DNA of 64,000 nt from NCBI RefSeq assembly GCF_006345805.1, contig NC_043006.1, forward strand, positions 46,686,001 through 46,750,000. The letters run 5' to 3'. Both the position numbers and the translations under genes were made by a program. Numbering within the stretch: position 1 is the first letter of the stretch; every line of letters begins with the position of its first letter. This DNA is from Octopus sinensis. Taxonomy: Eukaryota. Below, one piece after another: positions 1-11,004 of the stretch. The notes beneath the pieces were generated by a model, which was given only the letters and a program-made list of their open reading frames with translations, ran no database searches and was not told where the DNA came from.

Positions 1-141
1 AAGTGTTTAACTGTTACTTATTTTATCGAACCCGAAAAGAAGAAGGACAAAGTTGACCTCGGTGGAATTTGAACACAACGTAGCGTCGGGCGAAATACCG
101 CTAAGTATTTCAAACAGCGCGCTAAAGATTCTTATTTGTTT
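1..141 (-). mobile_element. Partial tRNA-derived SINE, family B, running off the window edge
   Basis: The minus strand reads degenerate head ...aaatacttagcggtatttcg, then B-box-like gtgttcaaattcc, then gaggtcaactttg...cgataaaataagtaacag. This is the same core seen in the other family B copies. Confidence 0.75.
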
Positions 142-1002
142 ATTGCCCACAATGGGCTAAATATAGTGGGTACAACCAAGGACAGACAAAGTCAACCTCG
201 GCGGAATTTGAACTAGCGACGGGCGAAATACCTATTTCTTTACTACTCACAAGGGGCTAAATACAGAGGACAAACAAGGACAGACAAACGGATTAAGTCG
301 ATTATGTCGACCCCAGTGTGTAACTGGTACTTATTTAATCGACTACGAAAGGATGAAAGACAAATTTGACCTCGGCGGAATTTGAACTCAGAACGTAGCG
401 GCGGATGAAATACCTATTTCTTTATTACCCACAAGGGGCTGAACATAGAGGGGACAAACAAGGACAGACATAGGTATTAAGTCGATTACATCGACCCCAG
501 TGCGTAACTGGTACTTAATTTATCGACCACGAAAGGATGAAAGGCAAAGTCGGCCTCGGTGGAATTTGAACTCACAACGTAACGACAGACGAAATACCTA
601 TTTCTTTACTACCCACAAGGGGCTACACACAAGGACAGACAAACGGATTAAGTCCATTATATCGACCTCAGTGCGTAACTGGTACTTATTTAATCGACTC
701 CGAAAGGATGAAAGGCAAAGTTGACCTCGGCGGAATTTGAACTCAGAACGTAGCGAAAGACAAAATACCTATTTCTTTATTACCCACGAGGGGCTAAACA
801 CAGAGAGGACAAACAAGGACAGACAAACGGATTAAGTCGATTATATCGACCCCAGTGCGTAACTGGTACTTATTTAATCGACTCCGAAAGGATGAAAGGC
901 AAAGTTGACCTCGGCGGAATTTGAACTCAGAACGTAGCGAAAGACAAAATACCGCTAAGCATTTCGCCTGGCGCGCTAACGTTTCTGCCAGCTCACCGCC
1001 TT
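133..1002 (-). mobile_element. Family B SINE multimer: one tRNA-like head followed by about 5 tandem ~170-185 bp modules
   Basis: Head ggcggtgagctggcagaaacgttagc lies at ~1002-950. The anchor acctcggcggaatttgaac recurs near 191, 366, 551, 722 and 904. Each module has the B-box-like gagttcaaattcc. Confidence 0.85.
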
Positions 1003-1619
1003 AAAGTGATTCCTAATCATACCAACAAAACAATAATAAGTGAATCGCCACAAATAATAAGTTCGTCATTTAAAAAAATAATCAATCATCTTCAATAAAT
1101 TGTAAGAAAATTTCAATAAATATGAAGAGTAGCCAAATTGAAATGGCAACAATATATACGAGTACATAATCCATTAGCTTATTTTTATTATAAATTGTTG
1201 GTGCTATTTACCATCGCGTGTAAACATCATTATCGAAAAAGAAATCAAATGCAACCGTAAAAAAATGAAAGTCAAGAAAATAGGACAAAGCAATATAAAC
1301 ATACAACTTATCGTTCTATCTTTTAATAAATTATAAAAATAACTGCAAAGAACAGGGAGTGCATTTTACCGCATTGAGAAGAATATCGAAGATTTTTGTA
1401 CGTGATAAAAATGGAGATAAAAATAGGGTAGGAATTTCTTCCGCAAGATGTGCAAGTAACAAGTACAGTTTGAAGTGTGTATGTCATATCGGAATGATGC
1501 TTCCAAACCACAATTCATTGCGCAGAATGCGAACTATAGAATACAGATATTCGAAAGTATATATATACGTACGAATTTCGAAACAATATGTATTCATACC
1601 TATATAGATGCATGCTTAT

Positions 1620-2460
1620 TTACATACATAAGTGCAAGTATACGTACATACTTACATACTTACGTACATACATAATACATGCATACATACATACACAGAT
1701 GCATACATGCACACATACATACATGCATACATACATTCATGCATACGTAAGTACATACGTACATATATACATACATGCATACGTCCGTACATACGTACAT
1801 ATATACATACATGCATACGTCCGTACATACGTACATATATACATACATGCATACGTCCGTACATACGTACATATATACATACATGCATACGTACGTACAT
1901 ACGTACATATATACATACATGCATATGTACGTACATGCGTACATATATACATACATGCATACGTACGTACATACGTACATATATACATACATGCATACGT
2001 ACGTACATACGTACATATATACATACATGCATACGTACGTACATACGTACATATATACATACGTGCATACGTACGTACATACGCACATATATATATACAT
2101 GCATACGTACGTACATACGTACATATATACATACATGCATACGTATGTACATACGTACATATATATATACATGCATACGTACGTACATATATACATACGT
2201 GCATACGTACGTACATACGTGCATATATACATACGTGCATACGTACGTACATACGTACATATATACATACGTACATATATATATACGTGCATACGTACGT
2301 ACATATATACATACGTGCATACGTACGTACATATATACATACGTGCATACGTACGTACATACGTACATATATACATACATGCATACGTACATATATACAT
2401 AGATGCATACGTACGTACATACGTACATATACATACATGCATACGTACATATATACATAT
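1620..2460. repeat. 36-bp minisatellite (catacatgcatacgtacgtacatacgtacatatata and variants)
   Basis: gcatacgtcc recurs at 1777 and 1813 (period 36). The 12-aa period YVHIYIHAYVRT in the ORF track confirms the unit length. Confidence 0.95.
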
Positions 2461-2528
2461 ATATATATAATATATATATATAGTATATATATATATTATA
2501 CATATATATATATATATATATACATATA

Positions 2529-2585
<57 letters not shown>

Positions 2586-2622
2586 TATATATATATAATT
2601 ATATATATATATAATATATATA
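2455..2622. repeat. (TA)n microsatellite
   Basis: Directly visible. Confidence 0.95.
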
Positions 2623-2750
2623 CATACATTCAAAAATATAAGGAATGGCCATAATAGGACATTCGACTCTCTAGAAAGAGCAGCCAAACTGAAACCGCTA
2701 ATAGTTGTAATTCTGAAATTGAAAGAGAAATAAAAACGTTTACCCTTTCA

Positions 2751-2845
2751 TCTCTGGACTATGCATAGTTTCGGAAAACTTTAGTAAACAAATTAATTAA
2801 ATTAAATTTAAATTATTTACAACTGGCGTGCCTCGTCAGCAGAGA
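2751..2845 (-). ncRNA. Type I hammerhead ribozyme, mirror copy with one stem II mismatch
   Basis: Reverse complement of the + copy. Core (2839-2833), GAAA, stem I and stem III are identical. Stem II is GGCA/TTCC. Confidence 0.75.
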
Positions 2846-2949
2846 AGCCAAGGACGAATATATCTCCACGAGGCGATGGTAAGGAAGCCTCAAGTCTATA
2901 TGCTATAAATTTTAAAAATCTCCTCGTGGATATATATTCGTCATTGGCC

Positions 2950-3043
2950 TCTCTGCTGACGAGGCACGCCAGTTGTAAATAATTTAAATTTAATTTAATT
3001 AATTTGTTTACAAAGTTTGCCGAAACTATGCATAGTCCAGAGA
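2950..3043 (+). ncRNA. Type I hammerhead ribozyme, complete canonical core
   Basis: Stem I tctctg(2950-55)/cagaga(3038-43); core CTGACGA (2956-62); stem II GGCA(2963-66)/TGCC(3018-21) with a long extension; GAA (3022-24); stem III ACTATGCATAGT (3025-36); cleavage triplet GTC with C17 at 3037. Confidence 0.85.
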
Positions 3044-3269
3044 TGAAAGGGTAAACGTTTTTAATTCTCTTTCAATTTCAGAATTACAACTATTAGCGGT
3101 TTGAGTTTGGATGCTCTTTCTAGTGAGTCGAGTGTCCTATTATGGCCATTCCTTATATTGTTGAATGTATATTATATAGTCTTTGACTATCTTTTCTTTC
3201 TCACTGGACCGCTGGTAGCGCAGAATATTTTCTAGAATTTTTTGCTACCTTTATATTTATTAATTAATA

Positions 3270-3289
3270 TATACATATACATATATATA

Positions 3290-3323
<34 letters not shown>

Positions 3324-3379
3324 TATATATATATGTATGAAAATATATTATATATATATATATATATGTATGAAAATAT

Positions 3380-3421
<42 letters not shown>

Positions 3422-3546
3422 AAAATAATATATATATATAATATATATATATATGTATGAAAATATATATATAATATATATATATATACATGTATGAAAA
3501 TATATATATATATATATATATGAATATATATATATATATATATATA

Positions 3547-3596
<50 letters not shown>

Positions 3597-3600
3597 ATAT
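3270..3600. repeat. (TA)n compound repeat with a recurring gtatgaaaat anchor
   Basis: gtatgaaaat recurs about 5 times at irregular ~30-50 nt spacing within TA tracts. Confidence 0.9.
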
Positions 3601-3716
3601 AATAAATAAAATATATGCATATATACATACATATATGTACATACTTACAGCTACAAGTATATATCTATATATATATATATGAGTACAGGACACAATAATT
3701 AAACGTAGAACACAAC

Positions 3717-4439
3717 GAGAGACGAGAACATAAAACCAAACAAGGAAACGGACTTTTTTTAAAACAACGAAAAAACAGAGTACAGGACAAACAATACAAG
3801 GAAAATTCCTCTTCATCAGCCGTCCCTGGTTCGACTCAAAGTGTGTTTCGAAGGTAAGGACAGAACACAGTCGAAGCAGTCCTTCCTGCAAAAGGAATTA
3901 AATAAAATTATTTTGCAGAGGGGTAAAACAAGTGACAAAAACAGGACGTAAAAGCAATACAAATTAAGAGAAAACAATACAAATGAAGAAAAAACAGTAC
4001 AATAAAATGAAGAAAAAACAGTACAATAAAATGAAGAAAAAAACAGTACAATAAAGAAACAGGAGAAGAAACAAACAATAAGGGCTTTTTTTGCCTGGAC
4101 GATGGAAAAATTAGAACGCTTGTGAAAAATCGGCTTACGAAGGACGGAGAAGTCGATCTATACTTGTTGAAAGACGAAGCTGAGGGAACGTTTTAGCAAC
4201 CATCTGGTCAGGAGGAGGAGGAGAGAGAGAGAGAGGGGGGGGAAAGAAACCAGAAGGGTGAAAAATAAAGAAAGTTTTAGCAACTCTCTCGAGAGACGAG
4301 AACATAAAATCAAACAAGGAAACGGACTTTTTTTAAACAACGAAAAAACAGTGTACAGGACAAACAATACAAGGAAAATTCCCCTTCGTCAGCTGTCTCT
4401 GGTTCGACTCAAAGTGTGTTTCGAAGGTAAGGACCGAAC
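3717..4439 (-). mobile_element. Two ~150-bp direct repeats (3717-3866, 4291-4439), PLE terminal-repeat-like
   Basis: Near-identical gagagacgagaacataaaa...ggttcgactcaaagtgtgtttcgaaggtaaggac in both copies. A related sequence lies on the opposite strand at ~26130-26340. Confidence 0.6.
3982..4055. repeat. Short tandem repeat, about 3 x aaatgaagaaaaaaacagtacaata
   Basis: Directly visible. Confidence 0.85.
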
Positions 4440-4689
4440 GCACGCGTTATTTCTCTATTTCTCTTCTCCAAGATTTTATTTGAATCATCACAACGCGCAC
4501 TCTTTGACCTTTCCTCCCTGCCTGTCTGTCTTTCTCTCTACTTGTTTTTCACCCTTTCTGTTTTCTTCCCCCCCCCTCTCTACTCCTCCTCCTCCTCCTC
4601 TGAATAAAAATAAACAAACTGGGGAGAGATTTACGTATGGTTCAATTTTCTTCAGGAAAACAATCAGAGAGTAGTGATTAGTGTCGCGA

Positions 4690-4830
4690 CTGTGGATGTA
4701 GGAGCCCGAGATACGTATAGTAAGAGGGACGTTGTAAATGACCATTGCACGAAAATAAGCTATATCTGAGCAAACGAGACCAATACTATACAACAAGATG
4801 GTAATGGTGTGCGAGTGTATGTGAAGTAGT
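4690..4830 (-). mobile_element. Possible PLE RT remnant
   Basis: The minus frame HSHTITILLYSIGLVCSDIAYF loosely resembles the PLE 'SHP...IPYSQFLRLRRICSD' motif as I recall it. Confidence 0.3.
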
Positions 4831-4939
4831 CGACTGTTCTTAGAATGCTTTTCAGAATATCTAAATTATGTATAAAAGTAAATTTTTTTCAGATGCGGGT
4901 GCCCAAAATTTAGAGTACCCACATCAGAAAAAAAAATTT

Positions 4940-5221
4940 GTCTCATCTTTATACATTATAGTCTTTCAAATCCACCGCGCAAGCGCAGTTATAGTCGGCA
5001 GTAAATAACATTTATATACCGACTTTCTTCAAAATTACTAAAATCATATTATGAAAATATATACAGGGTAGAGAAATTAAAGAAATATTCTACCAATGGC
5101 TAGCATGCATAAACTAGTCAATAGACAACATATATTTCATATAAAATTAATGTACATTCATACACAAAAGAGGTGACCTTGCGCGGTGGATTTCAAAAAT
5201 TATATTGTATAAAGATGAGAC
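4940..5221. repeat. Fold-back element with 44-bp inverted termini (4940-4983 / 5178-5221)
   Basis: gtctcatctttatacattatagtctttcaaatccaccgcgcaag matches the reverse complement of the right arm with 4 mismatches. Confidence 0.85.
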
Positions 5222-6028
5222 GTGTGCTCTCTATTTGTCCCATAATTGTACATTAATTACTAGCGCCCTTACTGATGAAGAACACGTATAACAAATTATC
5301 TTATTTTTGCCATTAATATTCGAATCCTAGGAACAAGTGGTAACTATTGAAATTACTCTTAACCGTGTTCTGGGCTTTGTACTAGTGTGATGTCTATTCT
5401 TAAGGCATCGTTTTTTTTTCTGTTTATACATACAATGATTGTACCTTTGTGGTGGTGAATGAGACAAGATAGATATGATAGTATTGGTAGAGAAATTCAG
5501 GATCATTTACAAGCGGATCAGTGTATTTTTGGCATATTGTTCCTAGACGCTATATCGATAACGTTTGTGCCTAAATGTTTGGTGACCAGATATCTATAAT
5601 CACTTTTCGACATATTTACCAGGCATAATAAAGATCTTCGTTACGTTTATAATATATGTTATTCTTATTTCTGTCTTACATTAATAAATCAACTGCAAAC
5701 TGCTACAACACAGAGAAACAATTAAAGCTGTTAGTTCTATTGACAAATTGCAGATATTCAAATAAAAAATTAAAAACTCTATCGAAAAGTAGAACCCCAG
5801 ATGTACTTAAAGACAGACAAAAGAAATGGAAAGTTAACTTCTAATGGCAGTGGAATTTGTACGCTAAACTCTCTCTTTCTTTCATCTCCGTCTGTCTGTC
5901 TGTCTGTCTGTCTTTCTCTCTCTCTCTCCCTCCAGAAAAACATTGGGGCCGATGTAAACGACTAGTGCTCTATCCACAAATTCCAGGCCTTCTGCCTTTA
6001 GTAGAAATGATTAATATTATTACTATTA

Positions 6029-6075
<47 letters not shown>

Positions 6076-6554
6076 TCATCATCATCATCATCATCATCAA
6101 CACTTGATTTATTGCTAATTTCTTAGCTTTTGTAAATCAGAAATTTATTTACTTTGATTTCCTATGTTCATTTCTCTTTTGTACATTACACTCTGTAATA
6201 GCTATAAACAGACAGAGAAAACAAACAAACAAAACAAACAAAAAGAATAACAGCAATGAAGCGACTAGACACGATTTCAATATTCTCCTAAATAGGTGAT
6301 AATAAAAAACACATAATAATAATAATAATAAAGGAATAACGAGGAACGTAGAAATATACCAGGAAGATTATTCATAGAAAATACAATTTAGTGAGGTAGT
6401 ATACATCGAAGAATGAGATAATATTTGCAAAGAAACTAATAACTGCGGTGTATTCTGTTTTGTTGAAGAGGAAAAACACCGGATCTATTAGACAGAACCA
6501 ACAGTGCGTAACAAACCAAAATAAAGCTGTAAATAGCCCAAACCAAAAACAATG

Positions 6555-6556
6555 TG

Positions 6557-6587
<31 letters not shown>

Positions 6588-6735
6588 TATATATATATAT
6601 ATATACATATATACATATATATATTTGTATGTATGGATGTTTATGTGTGTATATAGATATATATATATTATATAAATGTATATATATTTTATATATATAT
6701 GTATATATATATAATATATATATTATATATAAATG

Positions 6736-6768
<33 letters not shown>

Positions 6769-6805
6769 AATGTATATATATATATATATAATATATTATA
6801 TATAA

Positions 6806-6839
<34 letters not shown>

Positions 6840-6940
6840 TTTTATATAAATACATGTATATATATATGTATATATATATATAAATATACATATGTATAGA
6901 AGTATATATATGTATATATATACATATATATTATATATAC
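6555..6940. repeat. (TA)n-rich compound microsatellite with about 4 x tattatataaatgtatata
   Basis: Directly visible. Confidence 0.9.
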
Positions 6941-7469
6941 AAGAATATTTGTGCTCATGTTTGTTTGAGTTTTTTCTGTATGCCATTGTATGTGGTGTAT
7001 ATATTCTATTAGAGATATAAAGATAGATAGATAAATATGCAATCGTTTCATTGTTTCCCAACTATTAATATATTGTTTTTTTTCTGCAAAACTTCTAGAC
7101 TATTAAATACAAATGTATTTCCGAATGCAAAGAATAATCTCAAATTAATACATGATACGAGTTAAGAGAAACCAAAACTAAAAACAGACATCGAAAAAAA
7201 AAAAAAGAAACACATTACATTGCTTGGTATGGATTGATGTGAAAATTTTTTATGTTAAGTCATAACCGTGTTTTTTTGTTGTCTACTGTATCCTCGTCAA
7301 TATTTCTATGGAGCTTTTTAGTCACAGAAGAAAATACGCATCATAATACAATTATAGCTGTATTCTAACACTTGTTTGATTTCTTCTATTACGTAATCCT
7401 TTGGTGACATGCATGCTGCACCTAAACTTGAGTTACAACTAAAAACTAAAAACGAAAATTAGTATCATA

Positions 7470-7877
7470 GGCGTAGAAGTGGCTATGTGGTAAGTAACTT
7501 GCTTACCAATCACATGGTTCTGGGTTCAGTTCCACTGCGTGGCACCTTGGGCAAAGTGTCTTCTACTAGAGCCTCGGGCCAACCAAATCCTTGTGAGTGG
7601 ATTTGGTAGACGGAAACTGAAAGAAGCCCGTAGTATATATGTGTATTTATATATGAGTGTGTATATGTTTGTGCGTCTGTGTCTGTCCCCCCCCCAACAA
7701 AGCTTGACAACCGATGCTGGTGTGTTTACGTCCCCGTAACTTAGCGGTTCGGCAAAAGTGAATGATAGAATAAGTACTAGGCTTACAAAGAATAAGTCCT
7801 GGGGTCGATTTGCTCGACTGAAGGCGGTGCTCCAGCATGGCCGCAGTCAAATGATTGAAACAAGTAAAAGATTAAAA
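7470..7877 (+). mobile_element. Full-length tRNA-derived SINE, family A
   Basis: Head ggcgtagaagtggctatgtggtaag..gggttcagttcc, then caccttgggcaaagtgtcttc, an internal (TA/TG) tract, ttacgtccccgtaacttagcggttcggc and tail gaaacaagtaaaaga. Homologous to 27797 and 31177. Confidence 0.9.
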
Positions 7878-8516
7878 AATAATATCAATAGATTTTCATC
7901 TCAAAACATGTTCCACTCTTTCTCCCCTTGAAGCCAGACACACGCACACACATATACTCACTCAACACGCTCTCATACACACAAATATCACAATACACAA
8001 ATTATTTCTGATTTAGGGGGATGAACAGCAGATTTAGTGGTGTGGGTCTCGGGTGATTGCGTAGTTACTCTTACTTAACTGGGAGAGTAGTTTTATCGAT
8101 CCGAGTAAAAGCCTGTATCATTGGAATTTGAACTGAGAACGAAGAAAGCGGTATATACGGCAATATATATATATATATATATTACGAAGGTCCCTCCACT
8201 CATACACAATACAATTAAACACACACACAGATGCACTCGCACATACACACACGTATATATATATATATATATATGTATGTGTAGGTATGTGATTATATAA
8301 TTACATAAAGGCAGATCACGTCAGAGAAAATGGTAATCCAATACCAAAGCGAGAGTAAAATATGCTGTTCTTTTGAGGTTCAGAACTCAGAAATCAGTGT
8401 TTTAGTTAGCTGATAATTATATTATCATCAGATAAGACTGAGCACTTGGAACGTCTGTTCCAAAATATCAGTTATGTGTAATGACACCTAAGTAGCAGTT
8501 TGTGATTTGTTGTCGC

Positions 8517-8519
<3 letters not shown>

Positions 8520-8598
<79 letters not shown>

Positions 8599-8625
8599 AT
8601 ATATATTATATATATATATATATAT
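8520..8625. repeat. (TA)n microsatellite
   Basis: Directly visible. Confidence 0.95.
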
Positions 8626-8811
8626 GGAGACTGCTACGATTTTACAGAACATCTCTTCAGTTTTTTATAGATGTAAACAGTAGCAGTACGATATTGTCAA
8701 GTATATTTGCCATCTAAATGTGGCTGACCTATATGGGACGATGCTACCGTTGTTTATAGCCCTAGGAAAACATTTCCACTAGCTGGCTAACGACACACTA
8801 TATCCGATTAG

Positions 8812-8968
8812 TATTTGCGAAGGGAAATCATCGTTCCCATCTCTAGCCTTACGTGAAAGACATCGACCCGCGTTTCTGAATAGTAACACTGATGACGGTT
8901 TACTACCCAGAAAGCTGAGTCAGTGTGTATCCCGTAAGGCTAGAGATGGGAACAATGATCTCTCTTCG

Positions 8969-8974
<6 letters not shown>
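8812..8974. repeat. Fold-back element with 42-bp arms around a hammerhead-like core
   Basis: tatttgcgaagggaaatcatcgttcccatctctagccttacg (8812-8853) pairs with 8933-8974 with 3 mismatches. The interior contains CTGATGA (8889-95) and GAAA..GTC (8910-21). Confidence 0.8.
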
Positions 8975-9024
<50 letters not shown>

Positions 9025-10045
9025 GTGTACATTCATACACAAAAGAGGTGACCCTAACAAGACACATTACATGCTAAAAGGAACAGTATATGCAGATCAA
9101 ACTTAGGGTACTGAAGCAGTATCTCTACTATCAGTGGATGAGCCTTGCAAATTTATATGCAGAATGTTCACCGTGTATTTAATCAATCAAAACTCTGATT
9201 CTTTACTTCTTTACACGGCCTTATTTTTACCAGGTAAAAATTTCGTTCCTTTAATATATTGCACAGGATACGTTCTGTCCCATAAGACGATCACATGACT
9301 CTTTACCCAAAAGGCGGGTGAATTATTAAATCATCCATCGAAATTTTAATTATCCTTGATTTCAAGTACTAATTTTCAAGACTTAAATCCGTGAAAAATG
9401 AAATCCTTTAGGGTTTATGACATCAGAGCTTCTAGCTGATACAAAGATGGGTCAGTGAGATGTCAATGACATATTCATTTCCTCATTTGAGAACACTTCA
9501 TACCTCCCTCTTTAACTACTTTTGTTCCCATTACTGGCCTTAAGGACCTAGAAAGAAACTATTCACCCATTTCTCAACAACAGCAAACAATAGTCTACTC
9601 ATCTTCATATGATTTCCTTTGTTGTCAAGTAATCTAATTATAAAAGCTAATTGTCGTTGCTTAAATTGACAAGAAGGCTCAAATACATAATAGAAGTTGT
9701 TGGTTGAAAGTACTCAAAATGCATATTTTTTTTTCTAAATATATGAGGACGGTACGCATGAATTCTGATGTTGAACAACACCCAGGTTTAATCAAAAACA
9801 TATAAGGGATCACAAAAAATACTTCAAGTTGTCTCATCCGGTGATCTGCAGCGTTTTTGTTTTGCCTTCCAGTGCAATGCTATACATTTTGTAGAAGTGT
9901 GTTTCTCAATATTATAAATCTCAATTAATTAAGAGACCACCTTTATGTTATCAGCCCCAGAATGATAAAAACAACAAAATCAACGATACATTCAGTTGAT
10001 GAGAACTCAGAATGTACAGGCATGAAACAAATTTCTGCAGTTCGA

Positions 10046-10220
<175 letters not shown>

Positions 10221-10421
10221 GGTAGGAGTTTGAAGAGGAATGCACGAATTGATATGTAGAAGGAAAATAAATCAAGGTAGGAAGTGGTAAAATAATTTTA
10301 TCATAGAAAACATTTTATTAACGTTTTCAGTCTTTGCGATCGTCGGAAATACTGAAACCGGCACTCAAATGTTCTTCATGATAAAATTATTTTAGCATTT
10401 TCTACTTTGTCTTATTTTCCT

Positions 10422-10452
<31 letters not shown>

Positions 10453-10542
10453 GTGTGTGTATATATGTGTATGTGTGTAATATATATATATGTATATATA
10501 CACACACAAACGTATATACATATTTGCATATATGTGTATGTA

Positions 10543-10578
<36 letters not shown>

Positions 10579-10789
10579 TGTATGTATGTATGTATGTATG
10601 TATGTGTGATATTTACTCTCACTGCTATCAGTTATTGGTAATAGTTATATTTGTAAAATTTGCTGTTCTTTTTAGCACTCTACCAGTCGACACGAATCAA
10701 GCTTATGTTCAAACCATTCCATTTTGGGGCATCAAGCGGTGTTGATACTTTGAGACTTCGTTATATAATGTGCTTTTCGTATTGGTTTT

Positions 10790-11004
10790 AACTTTCGGCA
10801 CAAGTCCAGCAATTCTGGGGGAGGGTGAAATTCGATTACATCGACCCCAGTGTTCAACTGGTGTGTATTTCATCGTTACATACACACCCCCAAATGAAAG
10901 CAAAAGGTGACCTCGTCGGACTTTGAATTCAGAACGCAAAGATGGACGAAATGCAACTAAGCATTCCGCAACAGGAGGCTAACAATTCTGCCAGCTCACC
11001 GCTT
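10790..11004 (-). mobile_element. Family B SINE monomer
   Basis: The minus strand reads gcggtgagctggcagaattgttagc...ttctgaattcaaagtcc...cactggggtcgatgtaatc. Confidence 0.8.

Larger units (their letters stand above)
2624..3170. repeat. Long inverted repeat with ~254-bp arms (2624-2877 / 2918-3170) and a 40-nt spacer; PLE pseudo-LTR-like
   Basis: Manual alignment of the left arm to the reverse complement of the right arm shows about 11 substitutions and one 1-nt indel. Confidence 0.95.

Noticed and set aside
1588-2598. Long overlapping ORFs (231-336 aa) on both strands
   Set aside because: These are translations of a 36-bp RY minisatellite and (TA)n, which lack stop codons by composition. The same applies to the YI-, CV-, HT- and S-rich ORFs throughout the window.
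7470-7545. tRNA-like sequences at SINE heads (also 27797, 55564, 1002)
   Set aside because: A/B-box-like motifs are present, but there is no complete cloverleaf and the sequences run into SINE bodies.
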